A stretch of 64,000 nucleotides of DNA from assembly GCA_944393665.1 (NCBI GenBank), contig CALYAX010000006.1, positions 11,780 through 75,779 on the forward strand. The letters are read 5' to 3'. The notes under the pieces were generated by a model that was not told the DNA's origin, made no database searches, and saw only the letters and a list, made by a program, of their open reading frames with translations. Of the stretch, positions 48,732 through 58,403 are shown in pieces (positions within the stretch are counted from its first letter, which is position 1; every line of letters begins with the position of its first letter). The position numbers and the translations under genes are program-made. This DNA is from an uncultured Alphaproteobacteria bacterium (GTDB lineage Bacteria; Pseudomonadota; Alphaproteobacteria; RF32; CAG-239).

Positions 48732-48937
48732 GATAATAGGGTGTGCCGCGAGGGGCGCAACGTGGGGAGCGGCTCCGGTGGAGCTGCGAGGCCGTTGCGG
48801 CGCAGTCTTGTTAACGAGCGATGAGCGGCAGCGATAAGAGCGAGTGTTACAAGACAAGCAGGGATGTTCTGCGCAGAGCAATAAAAAAATTTATTTTTCC
48901 TCTTGCCTTTTAATTTAGAGTCAGATAATATTACAAC

Positions 48938-49163
48938 TAGGAAGACGGTAAAGCCGTCGCGGCCGGGTACGGCTGCGGAGCCAGCCGTCTGAACGGGAGA
49001 GATCCCGCCGGAATTACACAGTTTCCTCGTAAACCCAAAACCCCTCGATATGTGAGGGAGCTTTCGAAATAAGCGCCCTCGCGGTGTCGAATAAGAGAGA
49101 CTGGTTGGTTTACGACAGTTGTGTACTCCCTCGCACCTGATTTAATGTGCGGGGGTTTTGTTT
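48938..49163 (+). ncRNA. Candidate ~220-nt sRNA
   Basis: TTGCCT-N17-TAATAT promoter (48903-31), three small hairpins, ~110-nt rod, terminator; no credible ORF. Confidence 0.55.
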
Positions 49164-49279
49164 TAAGGTACAGTTCCGTTAGTCCATAAAAAAAACCAGC
49201 CTTAAAAACAATACGCGCGAAAGCAGTCCTCTATAAATAAATTGCTTGCAAGTTCGCGTTGAGTACACTAAAATTGTTG

Positions 49280-49710
49280 AACGTCAGCGCTGCCCGTTCA
49301 ACTCTTACCGGCTCAGGCAGCGACGTTCCATAGCCTTCGCTCCGGAACGGGATAAATAAGAACCCTGGGTCAGGTTCGGGAGAGTAAGACCTCCTTCACG
49401 ATACGTGCCGGGCTGTCACTTCTTGCGGTGACAGCAAGGGCATAGGGTTTAAAACCCTTTTAGCAAGATTACCTACCTTTTGGCGGGTGAACCAGTTAAG
49501 GCTGCGGTGATGCCGCAGCAGGCTGACATGTGGCAGCTCGTTTCGGTTAACTGGCACCTGCCGCTTACGGCGGGGTAGTCGTGTCAAAGCTGCAGGCACT
49601 GCAGCGTGTCTTTTCACGTATCAGACATAGTCTTACTTGATCCGGCTCCCCGCCACCCTTTTTTAAACCGTCTTTTACGGCAGTCTGTTTTGGGTGACGG
49701 GAGTTGTTTG
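49280..49710 (+). ncRNA. Candidate ~430-nt multibranched structured RNA or leader
   Basis: TTGCAA-N17-TAAAAT promoter (49246-74); at least 8 nested helices; final GC-rich hairpin before ATG 49735. Confidence 0.55.
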
Positions 49711-49734
49711 TAACCTATTACTCAGGATAAGACG

Positions 49735-50472
49735 ATGAAACAAAAGCAAGCTGACGATTCCGGACTATCTGAAAACACTCAAAATCACGGCAAAATTCTG
49801 GTTAAACGGAGTATCCGCGGGCGCACTCCCACCGGCGATCCCAATCCGGTTGACGTTTATATCGGCTCGCGGATAAAACTGCGCCGCCAGGCGCTGGCGC
49901 TCAGCCAGGAAAAACTGGCAGATTTGATGGGAACCACCTTTCAGCAGGTGCAGAAATACGAACGCGGCGCGAACCGGGTGAGCGGCAGCCGCATGTGGGA
50001 TTTGTGCTGTATTTTGGAGGTGGACCCTTCTTATTTTTATGCCGAAATGCCCAAGAAAATACGGGAGGGCAGCCCGCGGTTTCAATATCTGAACCCCATC
50101 CGCCTGCACGAAGGCGAGAATGATATACTAACAGCGGTTGAAGACCCGATGATGAAAGCCGAATCGATAATTCTGGTGACGGCTTATGAAAAAATCCCCA
50201 ACCGCAAGCTGGCGAAAAGCCTGTATAACGCGATGATTAACGCGTCGTACAGTTATGAACCCAAAGAGGGCGGGCCCGAAGATGATGATCTGGACGATGC
50301 GGTGATAGAAAGTCTGCAGGCAGTAAAGTTAAAGCAGGTGAAACCGGTACGGAAGAAGGCGGGACCGCGGAAAACAGAAGAGGAACGGAAAGCGGAGCCG
50401 CCGCGGAAAGCTGAAAAAGCACGGAAAGCGGAACTGCCGCGGGAAGACAAGCAGCCGCGGAAAGAGGCGTAA
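49735..50472 (+). CDS. Alphaproteobacterial XRE-family regulator (paralogue of 33850..34428)
   Basis: PNPVDVYIGSRIKLRR..LSQEKLA..MG.TFQQVQKYERG.NR; shared YFYAEMP, SPR.Q, DPM..ESI.LVTA. Confidence 0.88.
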   Translation: MKQKQADDSGLSENTQNHGKILVKRSIRGRTPTGDPNPVDVYIGSRIKLRRQALALSQEKLADLMGTTFQQVQKYERGANRVSGSRMWDLCCILEVDPSYFYAEMPKKIREGSPRFQYLNPIRLHEGENDILTAVEDPMMKAESIILVTAYEKIPNRKLAKSLYNAMINASYSYEPKEGGPEDDDLDDAVIESLQAVKLKQVKPVRKKAGPRKTEEERKAEPPRKAEKARKAELPREDKQPRKEA

Positions 50473-50489
50473 TTTCCGGCCGCTCCGGG

Positions 50490-51710
50490 TCAGGAAACGG
50501 CGCGGAGCGGGCTGGTTTCCGCCTCGCCGACCGCCAGTTTATAACTGTCGCGGGCGATGACCAGTTCCTCGTTGGTGGGAATCACCAAAACACGGACTTT
50601 TGAGCCGGGTTTGGTGATTTCGACCGCGGCGCCGCGGGTCCGGTTGGCGTTTTCATCCAGTTCGATTCCCAGATAAGCCAGGCGCTCACACACCAATTTA
50701 CGGATAAAAGACGAATTTTCCCCTGCCCCGGCGGTAAAGACGATGGCATCGACTCCGCCCAAAACCGCGACATAGCCGCCGATATATTTAATCAGGCAAT
50801 GGACATAGGTATTGACGGCGTCGATAACCTTCTGATTGCCCTGCAAAACCCCGGCTTCAATATCGCGCAGATCGCTCAGGCCCCCGGTCAGGCCGCAGAG
50901 GCCGCTCTGTTTGTTGAGCATGGCGTTAACCTCATCGGCGGAGAGATTCTGCGTTTTCATGATATGGAGCGGGATATAGGGGTCGATATCGCCGCAGCGG
51001 GTGTTCATCATCATTCCGGCCATGGGGGTGAAACCCATGGAGGTATCAACCGATTTGCCGTCTTTGACCGCGGTTACCGAGGCGCCGCCGCCCAGGTGGC
51101 AGGTGATGAATTTTCCGGCAAAGCCGAGCATTTTGGCCGCCTCGGCCGCAACATAGCCGTGCGAAGTTCCGTGAAAGCCATAACGGCGGATACGGTGTTT
51201 TTCGTACTGCTCCAAAGGAATCGGATACAGATAGGACTCTTTGGGCATGGTCTGGTGAAACGCCGAGTCAAATGTGGCAATCTGTTTCATCTGCGGAAAC
51301 AGGGCGCTGACCGCCTCAACACCATGGACAAAAGCGGCGCCGTGCAAAGGCAGCAGGTCCATGGTATCATAAATCTTTTCCATCACGCCGGCATCAATAA
51401 GGACCGACTTGTCAAAATATTCGCCGCCGTGCCCCATGCGGTGCCCCACGGCCGACAGCTCGTCCACGCTTGTCAGCGCGGTGCCGAGCAAAGCCTCAAA
51501 CATTGCCCGGACCGCCGCTTTGTGGTCCGGCAGCGGCAAATCGCGGCTTTGTTTTTCGCCGGAGCCGAGCTGGTACAGCAGGCGGGAGGCGTTGTCGCCG
51601 ATACGTTCGGCGAGGCCTTTGGCAATGACGGAAAAATCTGTGCCGTCAGTTTGAAAAAGCTGGAATTTGAGAGTGGTTGAGCCGGAGTTAAGGACTAATA
51701 TTTTGTGCAT
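50490..51710 (-). CDS. ackA: Acetate kinase
   Basis: ILVLNSGSTTLKF, GHR..HGG, YGFHGTSH, HLG.GAS, DTSMGFTP, IPTNEEL; ATG 51710. Confidence 0.95.
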   Translation of the reverse strand: MHKILVLNSGSTTLKFQLFQTDGTDFSVIAKGLAERIGDNASRLLYQLGSGEKQSRDLPLPDHKAAVRAMFEALLGTALTSVDELSAVGHRMGHGGEYFDKSVLIDAGVMEKIYDTMDLLPLHGAAFVHGVEAVSALFPQMKQIATFDSAFHQTMPKESYLYPIPLEQYEKHRIRRYGFHGTSHGYVAAEAAKMLGFAGKFITCHLGGGASVTAVKDGKSVDTSMGFTPMAGMMMNTRCGDIDPYIPLHIMKTQNLSADEVNAMLNKQSGLCGLTGGLSDLRDIEAGVLQGNQKVIDAVNTYVHCLIKYIGGYVAVLGGVDAIVFTAGAGENSSFIRKLVCERLAYLGIELDENANRTRGAAVEITKPGSKVRVLVIPTNEELVIARDSYKLAVGEAETSPLRAVS

Positions 51711-52109
51711 AGTGATAACTTTCGCGGTTGTTAAATCAGAAATACGGTAACCAAAAAACGGCAATTTAGCAAGCCCTTTTATGCGGTTGCCGGAAGGTAT
51801 AAATTCCCGGGCGGGGGGAGAATCGCAGCGGGCTCTCGGGCACAATCGCGGCGGGCGGCGGGAAAAACACGGCGGCTCCCGGGCACACACGGGCGCGGGC
51901 GGCGGACGGGAGAATCGCGGCTGACATACACGGCCTCAATCGCGGCGCCCCCTGGACGCGGGAGGAGAACAACACGGGCGTGGGAGGAAAGCATACACGG
52001 GCGCGGGCGAAATTCGGAGCCCGCGGGCACGGGCAAAACTCCCCGGATACACACGAACCCCGTCACAGCGGCGGGGTCCGGTGGTTTATTATAATCCAGT
52101 CAACACCGA

Positions 52110-52721
52110 TTATTTAATCTCATCCAAGGTCATTTCCGTCGCCTGTTCCTCGAACTCAACCGGAGCGGAAACCGGTTCTGCCCGGGTTACGGTACGGCGG
52201 GCCGGACGGCTGGTGCGGACGTTAACCTGTCCGGTATAAGGCTCTTTTTCATAGCTGACCGAAGAGGTGGTTTTGGGTTCATAGACCGTTTTATAAGTGG
52301 TTTTCTTATAAACAACTTCTACCGGCTCGCGGGTGGTGCGGATTTTGGGAGCGCAATTGCCGGAATTATCTTCCAGGACAACCGGCTCGGGCTCGGAATA
52401 GCTGTCAACATAGCTCACAGCCGGACGCGGGCGGCGATAACGGACAACCTCGCGCGGCGCTTCATAATAGCGCGGTGCCGGAGCAACATACCGCGGTGCC
52501 GGGGCATATACCGGAGCCGGAGCAACCGGCTGGGTGCGGACATAACGGTAGCAGGTATTGTTATCCACATAATCGCAATCCATATTGGCAGAAGCCTGAT
52601 AGGAGCGGTAAACAACTTTGCGCTCTTCAACAGTGGGCTCTTTGCTGTTCATGCAGGCGCAGGCAGAAAGGGCAAACAGAGCAGCGGCTAAAACAAGAAT
52701 TTTTTTCATGAGTTTTTCCAT
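52110..52721 (-). CDS. Hypothetical lipoprotein with Pro/Tyr-rich repeats
   Basis: LSAC lipobox; repeated APAPRY. Confidence 0.7.
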   Translation of the reverse strand: MEKLMKKILVLAAALFALSACACMNSKEPTVEERKVVYRSYQASANMDCDYVDNNTCYRYVRTQPVAPAPVYAPAPRYVAPAPRYYEAPREVVRYRRPRPAVSYVDSYSEPEPVVLEDNSGNCAPKIRTTREPVEVVYKKTTYKTVYEPKTTSSVSYEKEPYTGQVNVRTSRPARRTVTRAEPVSAPVEFEEQATEMTLDEIK

Positions 52722-52823
52722 TCTTCAATTAAAAAAATTGTGATCTTTCAACGGTCTTTTTTTGTTTATTACCGATAATTTTTGTTTAATATAGCAAAAA
52801 TTTTTAATTAATCAAGAAAATTC

Positions 52824-52838
52824 TTAACTAATCATTAA
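52824..52838. promoter_or_regulatory. Possible CtrA-binding site
   Basis: TTAA-CTAATCA-TTAA (TTAA-N7-TTAA) ~100 nt upstream of the lipoprotein gene; the AT-rich context weakens it. Confidence 0.4.
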
Positions 52839-53196
52839 GATTCTTTCGTGAAAAACGGCGCAGGCGGGCGGAATTGCCGCCGTTGTCCCTCTATTTAATC
52901 GTCAAATCAAAATAATAAAGGGGTTCCTAATATGAAAATGGCTGCCGGGCGAGCCGGGCCTTTGCCGCGGATTGCTGTTAGCGGAAATTGCGCGGCGGGG
53001 ACATGCGCAGAGAGCGGGGGAGTTTGGGACAGGCGAATTTATGCGCGGCGGGGCCATGCACGAGGAAAAAGGGGAAAGACCGGGACAGGCGGGACCGTGC
53101 ACGGAAAGCGGCGGCGTTTTGGAACAGGCGGGCTTTCCGGCGCTTTGGGCCGGAAGAGATTACACGCGGAAAGCGGCGGAATCAGGACTGGAGAAA

Positions 53197-53715
53197 TTAA
53201 GGCAAGTCAGCCGTTTTGGGGGCCAGGTAATGGATAATCTTCTTTCCGGATTTGGTGCGCTCTACTTTCGTCTTTGGCGTGGCTTCCGGCCGGTAGCCGC
53301 CTTTAATGCACAGCTGTTTATCAAACTCATGATCCTTGCATTTGACCGGGAAAGAAAAATCTTCATAATACAAATCGCCGTCTGCGTCCAAAGTATAACG
53401 CTGTGCGGCACAGCCCTCCTGCGCGCAGTTAAACGGCGCTTTGAGGATAAAAACATAACTTTGGTCGGGATAGCGGGCGACATAAAAATCTTCCAGCCGG
53501 ACATCAAGCGGAATTTGTTCCGCCGCCTGACCGAACTGGTCGTCAAAAACCTGTACGACCTGACGGCGGGTCAGCCCGATTTCATTTTCCAGCGCGCCGG
53601 AATTCACATTATAAAAAAGGTAAAATTTGCTGTCTTCCGCCCGCGGCAAAGGAGCCGCCGCTGCGGAAACCGCAGAAAATGCCAAAGCCAGAGCGCCAAA
53701 CAAAGCTGTTTTCAT
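53197..53715 (-). CDS. Secreted hypothetical protein
   Basis: MKTALFGALALAFSAVSAAA signal peptide; paired Cys. Confidence 0.7.
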   Translation of the reverse strand: MKTALFGALALAFSAVSAAAAPLPRAEDSKFYLFYNVNSGALENEIGLTRRQVVQVFDDQFGQAAEQIPLDVRLEDFYVARYPDQSYVFILKAPFNCAQEGCAAQRYTLDADGDLYYEDFSFPVKCKDHEFDKQLCIKGGYRPEATPKTKVERTKSGKKIIHYLAPKTADLP

Positions 53716-53775
53716 AACCAGACCTTTCGGATTAAATATTGGGTTTAGTATATTCCCGATTGGTTAAAATAAAGT

Positions 53776-55632
53776 TTAGCGGCTGAGCGTTTCAATTTTG
53801 GCCGACTGTTCGAGCCAGGCCTCTTCGGTTTCGGCAATCTGATTATCCAGCCAGGAAAGATTTTTCTGGTTTTCGACAATCTGTGCCGGGGTCATATCCG
53901 TTTCGAAAGCGGCCGTCAGTTCGTCACGCCGGGCGTTCAGCTCTGCCAGTTTCTTTTCCAGCCGCGCCACCTGCCCTTTAAGCATATTCAGTTCCGAGCG
54001 GCGGGCCAGCGCCTGTTCGCGCAAAAGTTTTCCATCCGGTTTGACGGCGGGGGTTCCGGTTTTTACGGCCGGGGCCGACGTGCCCAGCAGCAGGCGGCGG
54101 TAATCCTCGAGGTCGCCGTCATAGGGTTTGACGGTGCCGTCCTTAACCAGCCAGAGGGTATCGGCAATCAGCTCGGTGAGATGGAGGTCGTGCGTAATCA
54201 GAATCACCGACCCGCGGTAATCGTTGAGGGCGGCGATGAGCGCGTCGCGCCCGTCGATATCCAAATGGTTGGTCGGTTCGTCCAAAATGAGCAGGCCCGG
54301 GGCATTATAAGTCATGGCGGCAAACAGCAGGCGCGCCTTTTCGCCGCCGGAGAGGTCGGCGATTTTGGTGACGGCCTTTTCCTGCCCAAGTCCGAAGGCT
54401 GCCAGATGAGCCCGGACTTTCGGCTCCGGCGCGCCGGGCATCAGCGTGCCCATAAAGGCGGCTGCGGTCTGTTCAAGCGGCAGTTCCTCGCTCTGGTGCT
54501 GGGCGAAGTATCCCACGCCCAATTTGCCGGAACGCTTGAGGGTTCCTTCCATCAGCGGCAGGCGGCCGGAAATCAGTTTGGCCAGCGTTGATTTTCCGTT
54601 GCCGTTGGCGCCGAGCAGAGCGATCCGGTCGTTATCGACAACCGAGAAATTAAGTTTTTTCAGTACCGGGCGCCCGTCATAGCCGACAACGCCGTCCTCT
54701 ACGGTGAGCAGCGGCGGCGGCAGTTCAAGCGGCTGCGGAAACTCAAACCGGGTAGAGTATTCATCGGCCAGCGGCGGCAGGACTTCCATTTTTTCAAGCA
54801 TTTTAAGACGGCTCTGCGCCTGTTTGGCCTTGCTGGCCTTGTAGCGGAAGCGGTCGACATAAGACTGCAGGTGGGCACGCTGTTTTTCCTGTTTGGCGGC
54901 CTGTTTGCCCAAAAGCTCGCGGCGCTCGGCGCGGGTACGCTGAAACGTATCGTAATTGCCGCTGTAAGTATTCAGCCGGCAAGCCTCAATATGGACGATA
55001 TGGTCGCACAGGGCGTTCAAAATCCGGCGGTCATGGCTGATAAGCAGCAAAGTGCCGCGGTATTTGGCAAGGTGGGAGGTCAGCCAGATTGTGGCTTCAA
55101 GGTCCAGGTGGTTGGTCGGCTCGTCCAGGAGCAAAATATCCGAGGGCTGAAACAGCGCGGCGGCCAAAGCCAGGCGCATCCGCCAGCCGCCGGAAAACTC
55201 CCGCACCGGACACGTCAAGTCCTCCTGCTTAAAACCCAGGCCGTTTAGAATAGCCGCCGCCCGCGCCTCCGCCGAGGCCGCCCCGATGAGGTTCAGGCGC
55301 TCGTGAATTTCTCCCAGCTCCTCGGGCGCTGCCTTTTCCAAGCGGGCCAGCAGCGATGACCGCTCGGTATCGCGCGCCAGAACAAAAGGCAAAATCGGCG
55401 TGTCAATATCCTGCAGTTCCTGCTCGACAAAGACCACCCTTGCCTGCCCCGGAAAAGCCACCGCGCCGTGCTCGGTGTCCAGCTGGTTTTGCAGGACCCG
55501 GAACAAGGTGGATTTGCCGCAGCCGTTGGCACCGACAAGGCCGACTTTCCAGCCGTCGGAAATATGGGCGGACGCCCTTTCGAGCAGGACTTTGCTGCCG
55601 ATGCGCACGGTGATGTCATTTATATCTATCAT
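53776..55632 (-). CDS. ABC-F family ATP-binding protein (YheS/Uup-like)
   Basis: Two ABC domains (GANGCGKS, FSGGWRMR, LDEPTNHLD; GANGNGKS, LSGGEK), no TM segments. Confidence 0.93.
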   Translation of the reverse strand: MIDINDITVRIGSKVLLERASAHISDGWKVGLVGANGCGKSTLFRVLQNQLDTEHGAVAFPGQARVVFVEQELQDIDTPILPFVLARDTERSSLLARLEKAAPEELGEIHERLNLIGAASAEARAAAILNGLGFKQEDLTCPVREFSGGWRMRLALAAALFQPSDILLLDEPTNHLDLEATIWLTSHLAKYRGTLLLISHDRRILNALCDHIVHIEACRLNTYSGNYDTFQRTRAERRELLGKQAAKQEKQRAHLQSYVDRFRYKASKAKQAQSRLKMLEKMEVLPPLADEYSTRFEFPQPLELPPPLLTVEDGVVGYDGRPVLKKLNFSVVDNDRIALLGANGNGKSTLAKLISGRLPLMEGTLKRSGKLGVGYFAQHQSEELPLEQTAAAFMGTLMPGAPEPKVRAHLAAFGLGQEKAVTKIADLSGGEKARLLFAAMTYNAPGLLILDEPTNHLDIDGRDALIAALNDYRGSVILITHDLHLTELIADTLWLVKDGTVKPYDGDLEDYRRLLLGTSAPAVKTGTPAVKPDGKLLREQALARRSELNMLKGQVARLEKKLAELNARRDELTAAFETDMTPAQIVENQKNLSWLDNQIAETEEAWLEQSAKIETLSR

Positions 55633-55732
55633 GGGGCGGTTTATGCCACAGACGGCGGATATTGTCAACAAATTGCTTGCGCCGGCGTTTCCGGGGTTTA
55701 TAATAAATCGTTATTTAAGTGAAGGACGTTTC

Positions 55733-56908
55733 ATGTACAGCCGCAACATCAGAATGTTTCCGTGGTTTTACGGGCTTTGGGGGTTTTGCCCGTTTTCAAT
55801 TATTGCCATTTTATATTACGAGCAGCTGACGGGGTCTTATGCGGTGGCGATGAGCGTGTTTGCGGCAAGTTCGGTCTTTTCCTCGCTGTTTGAAATTCCC
55901 ATGGGGGTGGTTTCCGACCTTATCGGGCGCCGGCGGACGATGATTGCGGGCGGAATTGCCTTCTTCTGCGGCGATGCCTTTTATGTGCTGGCGGGTTTTT
56001 ATCCCGACAAGGCTTTGATTATCCTCTATGCCGGAGCGGTTTGCAAAGGCTTGAGTGTTGCCCTGTTCAGCGGCACCGACGAGGCGATTATGTATGAAAG
56101 CCTCAAGGCTCTCGGCAAGCAGAAAGAATTTGACCGCTGTTACGGCAAAGCCCGCAGCCTGAACCAGTTTGCGGTCGGGTTTGCGGCGGTTTTGGGCAGT
56201 CTGATTGCCTATTATTATTCGTATCATGCGGTTTATGAAATTGCTTTAATCAGCTCGGCGGCGCTGCTGGTTTTTAATTTTGGCTGGAAAGAGCCGCCGG
56301 AGGAAAATTTTGGCAGCGAGCTGTCGGTGTGGAAGCATTTGAACGAGGCGGCGGCCGCTTTCCGTGCCAAGCCGCGGCTGCGCTGGCTGGCGCTGGCGGA
56401 TATTATCGACCATTCTACCGGAATGGTGAACATGCGTTTTGAAACGGCTTATTCGCAGCTGCTGATTCCAACCTGGTTGCTGGGGGCGCCCCGGGTGCTT
56501 AAACAGATTTTCGGCACCATGAGTTTTTGGTTCGCCGGGCTGGTTATTAAAAAGTATAAAGCCATCCGGGTGATGATTTATGCCGAATACGGGCAAATGC
56601 TGCCGCGGCTGGCGGGGCTGGCGCTTAACAATTTTTTCAGCCCGTTTATCCTGATGTTTTCAAATATTTTTTACGGGCTGTCGGTAACCGGGCTGAAAAG
56701 CCTGCTGCAAAAGCAATATCTGAGCCGGCAGCGGGCGACCATGTCATCCATGATTTCGATGGGAACCAACGCGGCTTTTGCCATTTTATCGGTGGTTATC
56801 GGCTGGCTGGCCGATTTGACCTCGGTGCGGACGGCGCTGTTTATCTTTGTCGGCTTCCGGGTCATTATCCTGCTGATTTATTACCGGCTGGGGCGGCGCA
56901 GGTCATAA
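55733..56908 (+). CDS. MFS transporter
   Basis: FEIPMGVVSDLIGRRRT motif A; SGTDEAIMYESL; ATG 55733. Confidence 0.88.
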   Translation: MYSRNIRMFPWFYGLWGFCPFSIIAILYYEQLTGSYAVAMSVFAASSVFSSLFEIPMGVVSDLIGRRRTMIAGGIAFFCGDAFYVLAGFYPDKALIILYAGAVCKGLSVALFSGTDEAIMYESLKALGKQKEFDRCYGKARSLNQFAVGFAAVLGSLIAYYYSYHAVYEIALISSAALLVFNFGWKEPPEENFGSELSVWKHLNEAAAAFRAKPRLRWLALADIIDHSTGMVNMRFETAYSQLLIPTWLLGAPRVLKQIFGTMSFWFAGLVIKKYKAIRVMIYAEYGQMLPRLAGLALNNFFSPFILMFSNIFYGLSVTGLKSLLQKQYLSRQRATMSSMISMGTNAAFAILSVVIGWLADLTSVRTALFIFVGFRVIILLIYYRLGRRRS

Positions 56909-56961
56909 AAAATTAAATAATTTCAGCTAAAGTGGCATAAATTTAACTAAGGACAAAAATC

Positions 56962-58362
56962 ATGAAACTCAACCAATTAATTGACCAGGCGCCGGAAATT
57001 GAAATTTGCGGCCTGACTGACGACTCCCGGCAGGTAAAGCCCGGCTTTTTATTTGTTTCCACAACGGAGAATGATTACACCGAAAGCGCGGTACAGAACG
57101 GTGCGGCTGCCATTGTGGTTCCTCTGGACTATAGCCGCACCCTTCCTGTTCCGGTGATAAAAACCGCTCATCCCGGCAAAACGCTGGCCCGGGCGGCGGC
57201 AAAATTTTACGGCGCAATGCCGGAACACATTGCCGGCGTAACCGGAACCAACGGCAAAACCTCAATTGTTGATTTTGTGCGGCAGATTTTAACCATGATG
57301 ACCTACAAAGCCGCAAGCATGGGAACACTGGGTTATATCAAAGGCAACGAAGAACCGGTTCCGGCTCCGAACACAACCGTTAATCAGGTCTCTCTGCACC
57401 GTGAATTGGCAGAGCTGGCAAAAGACGGCTATAATTATGTGGCAATGGAGGCCTCCAGCCACGGTTTGTGCCAATACCGGGTCGGCGGCGTGCGTTTTGA
57501 TACGGCGGGTTTTACCAACCTGACCCGCGATCATCTGGATTATCACAAGACAATGGAAAATTATCTGGCTGCCAAACTGATTTTGTTTACCGAGCAGCTT
57601 AAAGAAGGCGGCACGGCGGTTCTGAATGCCGATATTGATGTTTTTGCCCAGATTAAACAAGCTTGTCTGGACAGCGGCAAAAAAGTTGCCGCCTACGGTT
57701 ACAACGGCGATGTTATCAAACTGCTGAAAGCCGTTCCCCTCACCCATGGGCAAAAATTAAATCTGGAATTTTACGGCAAATTGTATGAAATAGAAATCCC
57801 GCTGGCGGGAACTTTTCAGGCAATGAATGTTTTATGTGCCCTGGGACTGGCTGCAGAACTGACCGGAAAACCGGAAGAAGTCATTCAATACGCCGCTAAA
57901 ATTCACGGAGCCAAAGGGCGAATGGAACTGGCGGGAATTAAAAACGGCGCGGCTGTTTATATTGACTATGCCCACACGCCCGATGCCTTGGAAAATGTCA
58001 TTAAGGCGCTGCGGCCGCATACCCGGGGACGCCTGAGGGTTTTGTTTGGCTGCGGCGGCGACCGTGATGCCGGAAAGCGCCCGATTATGGGCCGGCTGGC
58101 CAATGACCTGGCTGATGTGGCTTATGTTACCGATGACAACCCGCGGACGGAAGACGCGGTTCAAATCCGCAGCCAGATTATGGCCGCCTGCCCCAAGGGA
58201 CGCAATATCGGCGACCGGGCGGCCGCCATTCGGACAGCCATGGCGGAACTGGAACCCGGCGATGTCTTGATTCTGGCCGGCAAGGGGCACGAAACCGGGC
58301 AATATATTAACGGGGAAATCCATCATTTCAGCGACCACGAAGAAGTTGCCAAAAACTTATAA
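56962..58362 (+). CDS. murE: UDP-MurNAc-tripeptide synthetase MurE
   Basis: GVTGTNGKTS, MEASSHGL, FTNLTRDHLDYH, DYAHTPD, DNPR, AGKGHE. Confidence 0.96.
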   Translation: MKLNQLIDQAPEIEICGLTDDSRQVKPGFLFVSTTENDYTESAVQNGAAAIVVPLDYSRTLPVPVIKTAHPGKTLARAAAKFYGAMPEHIAGVTGTNGKTSIVDFVRQILTMMTYKAASMGTLGYIKGNEEPVPAPNTTVNQVSLHRELAELAKDGYNYVAMEASSHGLCQYRVGGVRFDTAGFTNLTRDHLDYHKTMENYLAAKLILFTEQLKEGGTAVLNADIDVFAQIKQACLDSGKKVAAYGYNGDVIKLLKAVPLTHGQKLNLEFYGKLYEIEIPLAGTFQAMNVLCALGLAAELTGKPEEVIQYAAKIHGAKGRMELAGIKNGAAVYIDYAHTPDALENVIKALRPHTRGRLRVLFGCGGDRDAGKRPIMGRLANDLADVAYVTDDNPRTEDAVQIRSQIMAACPKGRNIGDRAAAIRTAMAELEPGDVLILAGKGHETGQYINGEIHHFSDHEEVAKNL

Positions 58363-58366
58363 AAGT

Positions 58367-58396
58367 AAAATCCCGGCCGGTTGACCGGGATTTTTA
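58367..58396. terminator. Bidirectional terminator
   Basis: AAAATCCCGG..CCGGGATTTT between convergent genes. Confidence 0.75.
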
Positions 58397-58403
58397 TTAT
58401 TCT

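Noticed and set aside
48963-49013. Hammerhead ribozyme in the small junction
   Set aside because: The core reads CTGAAC rather than CTGANGA, and the GAAA/UH geometry is missing.
49360-49640. SRP RNA, RNase P RNA, tmRNA or group I/II intron
   Set aside because: GGGTCAGGTTCGG and AGACATAGTC only loosely recall SRP and group I motifs; the GGAAGCAG partner, GAGGAAAGTCC, tRNA-like ends and domain V were not found.
50799-55732. ORFs 50799..51680 and 52972..53748, and the N-terminal extensions of ackA and the MFS gene
   Set aside because: Antisense or GC-rich open frames overlapping well-supported genes; the real starts are at 51710 and 55733.
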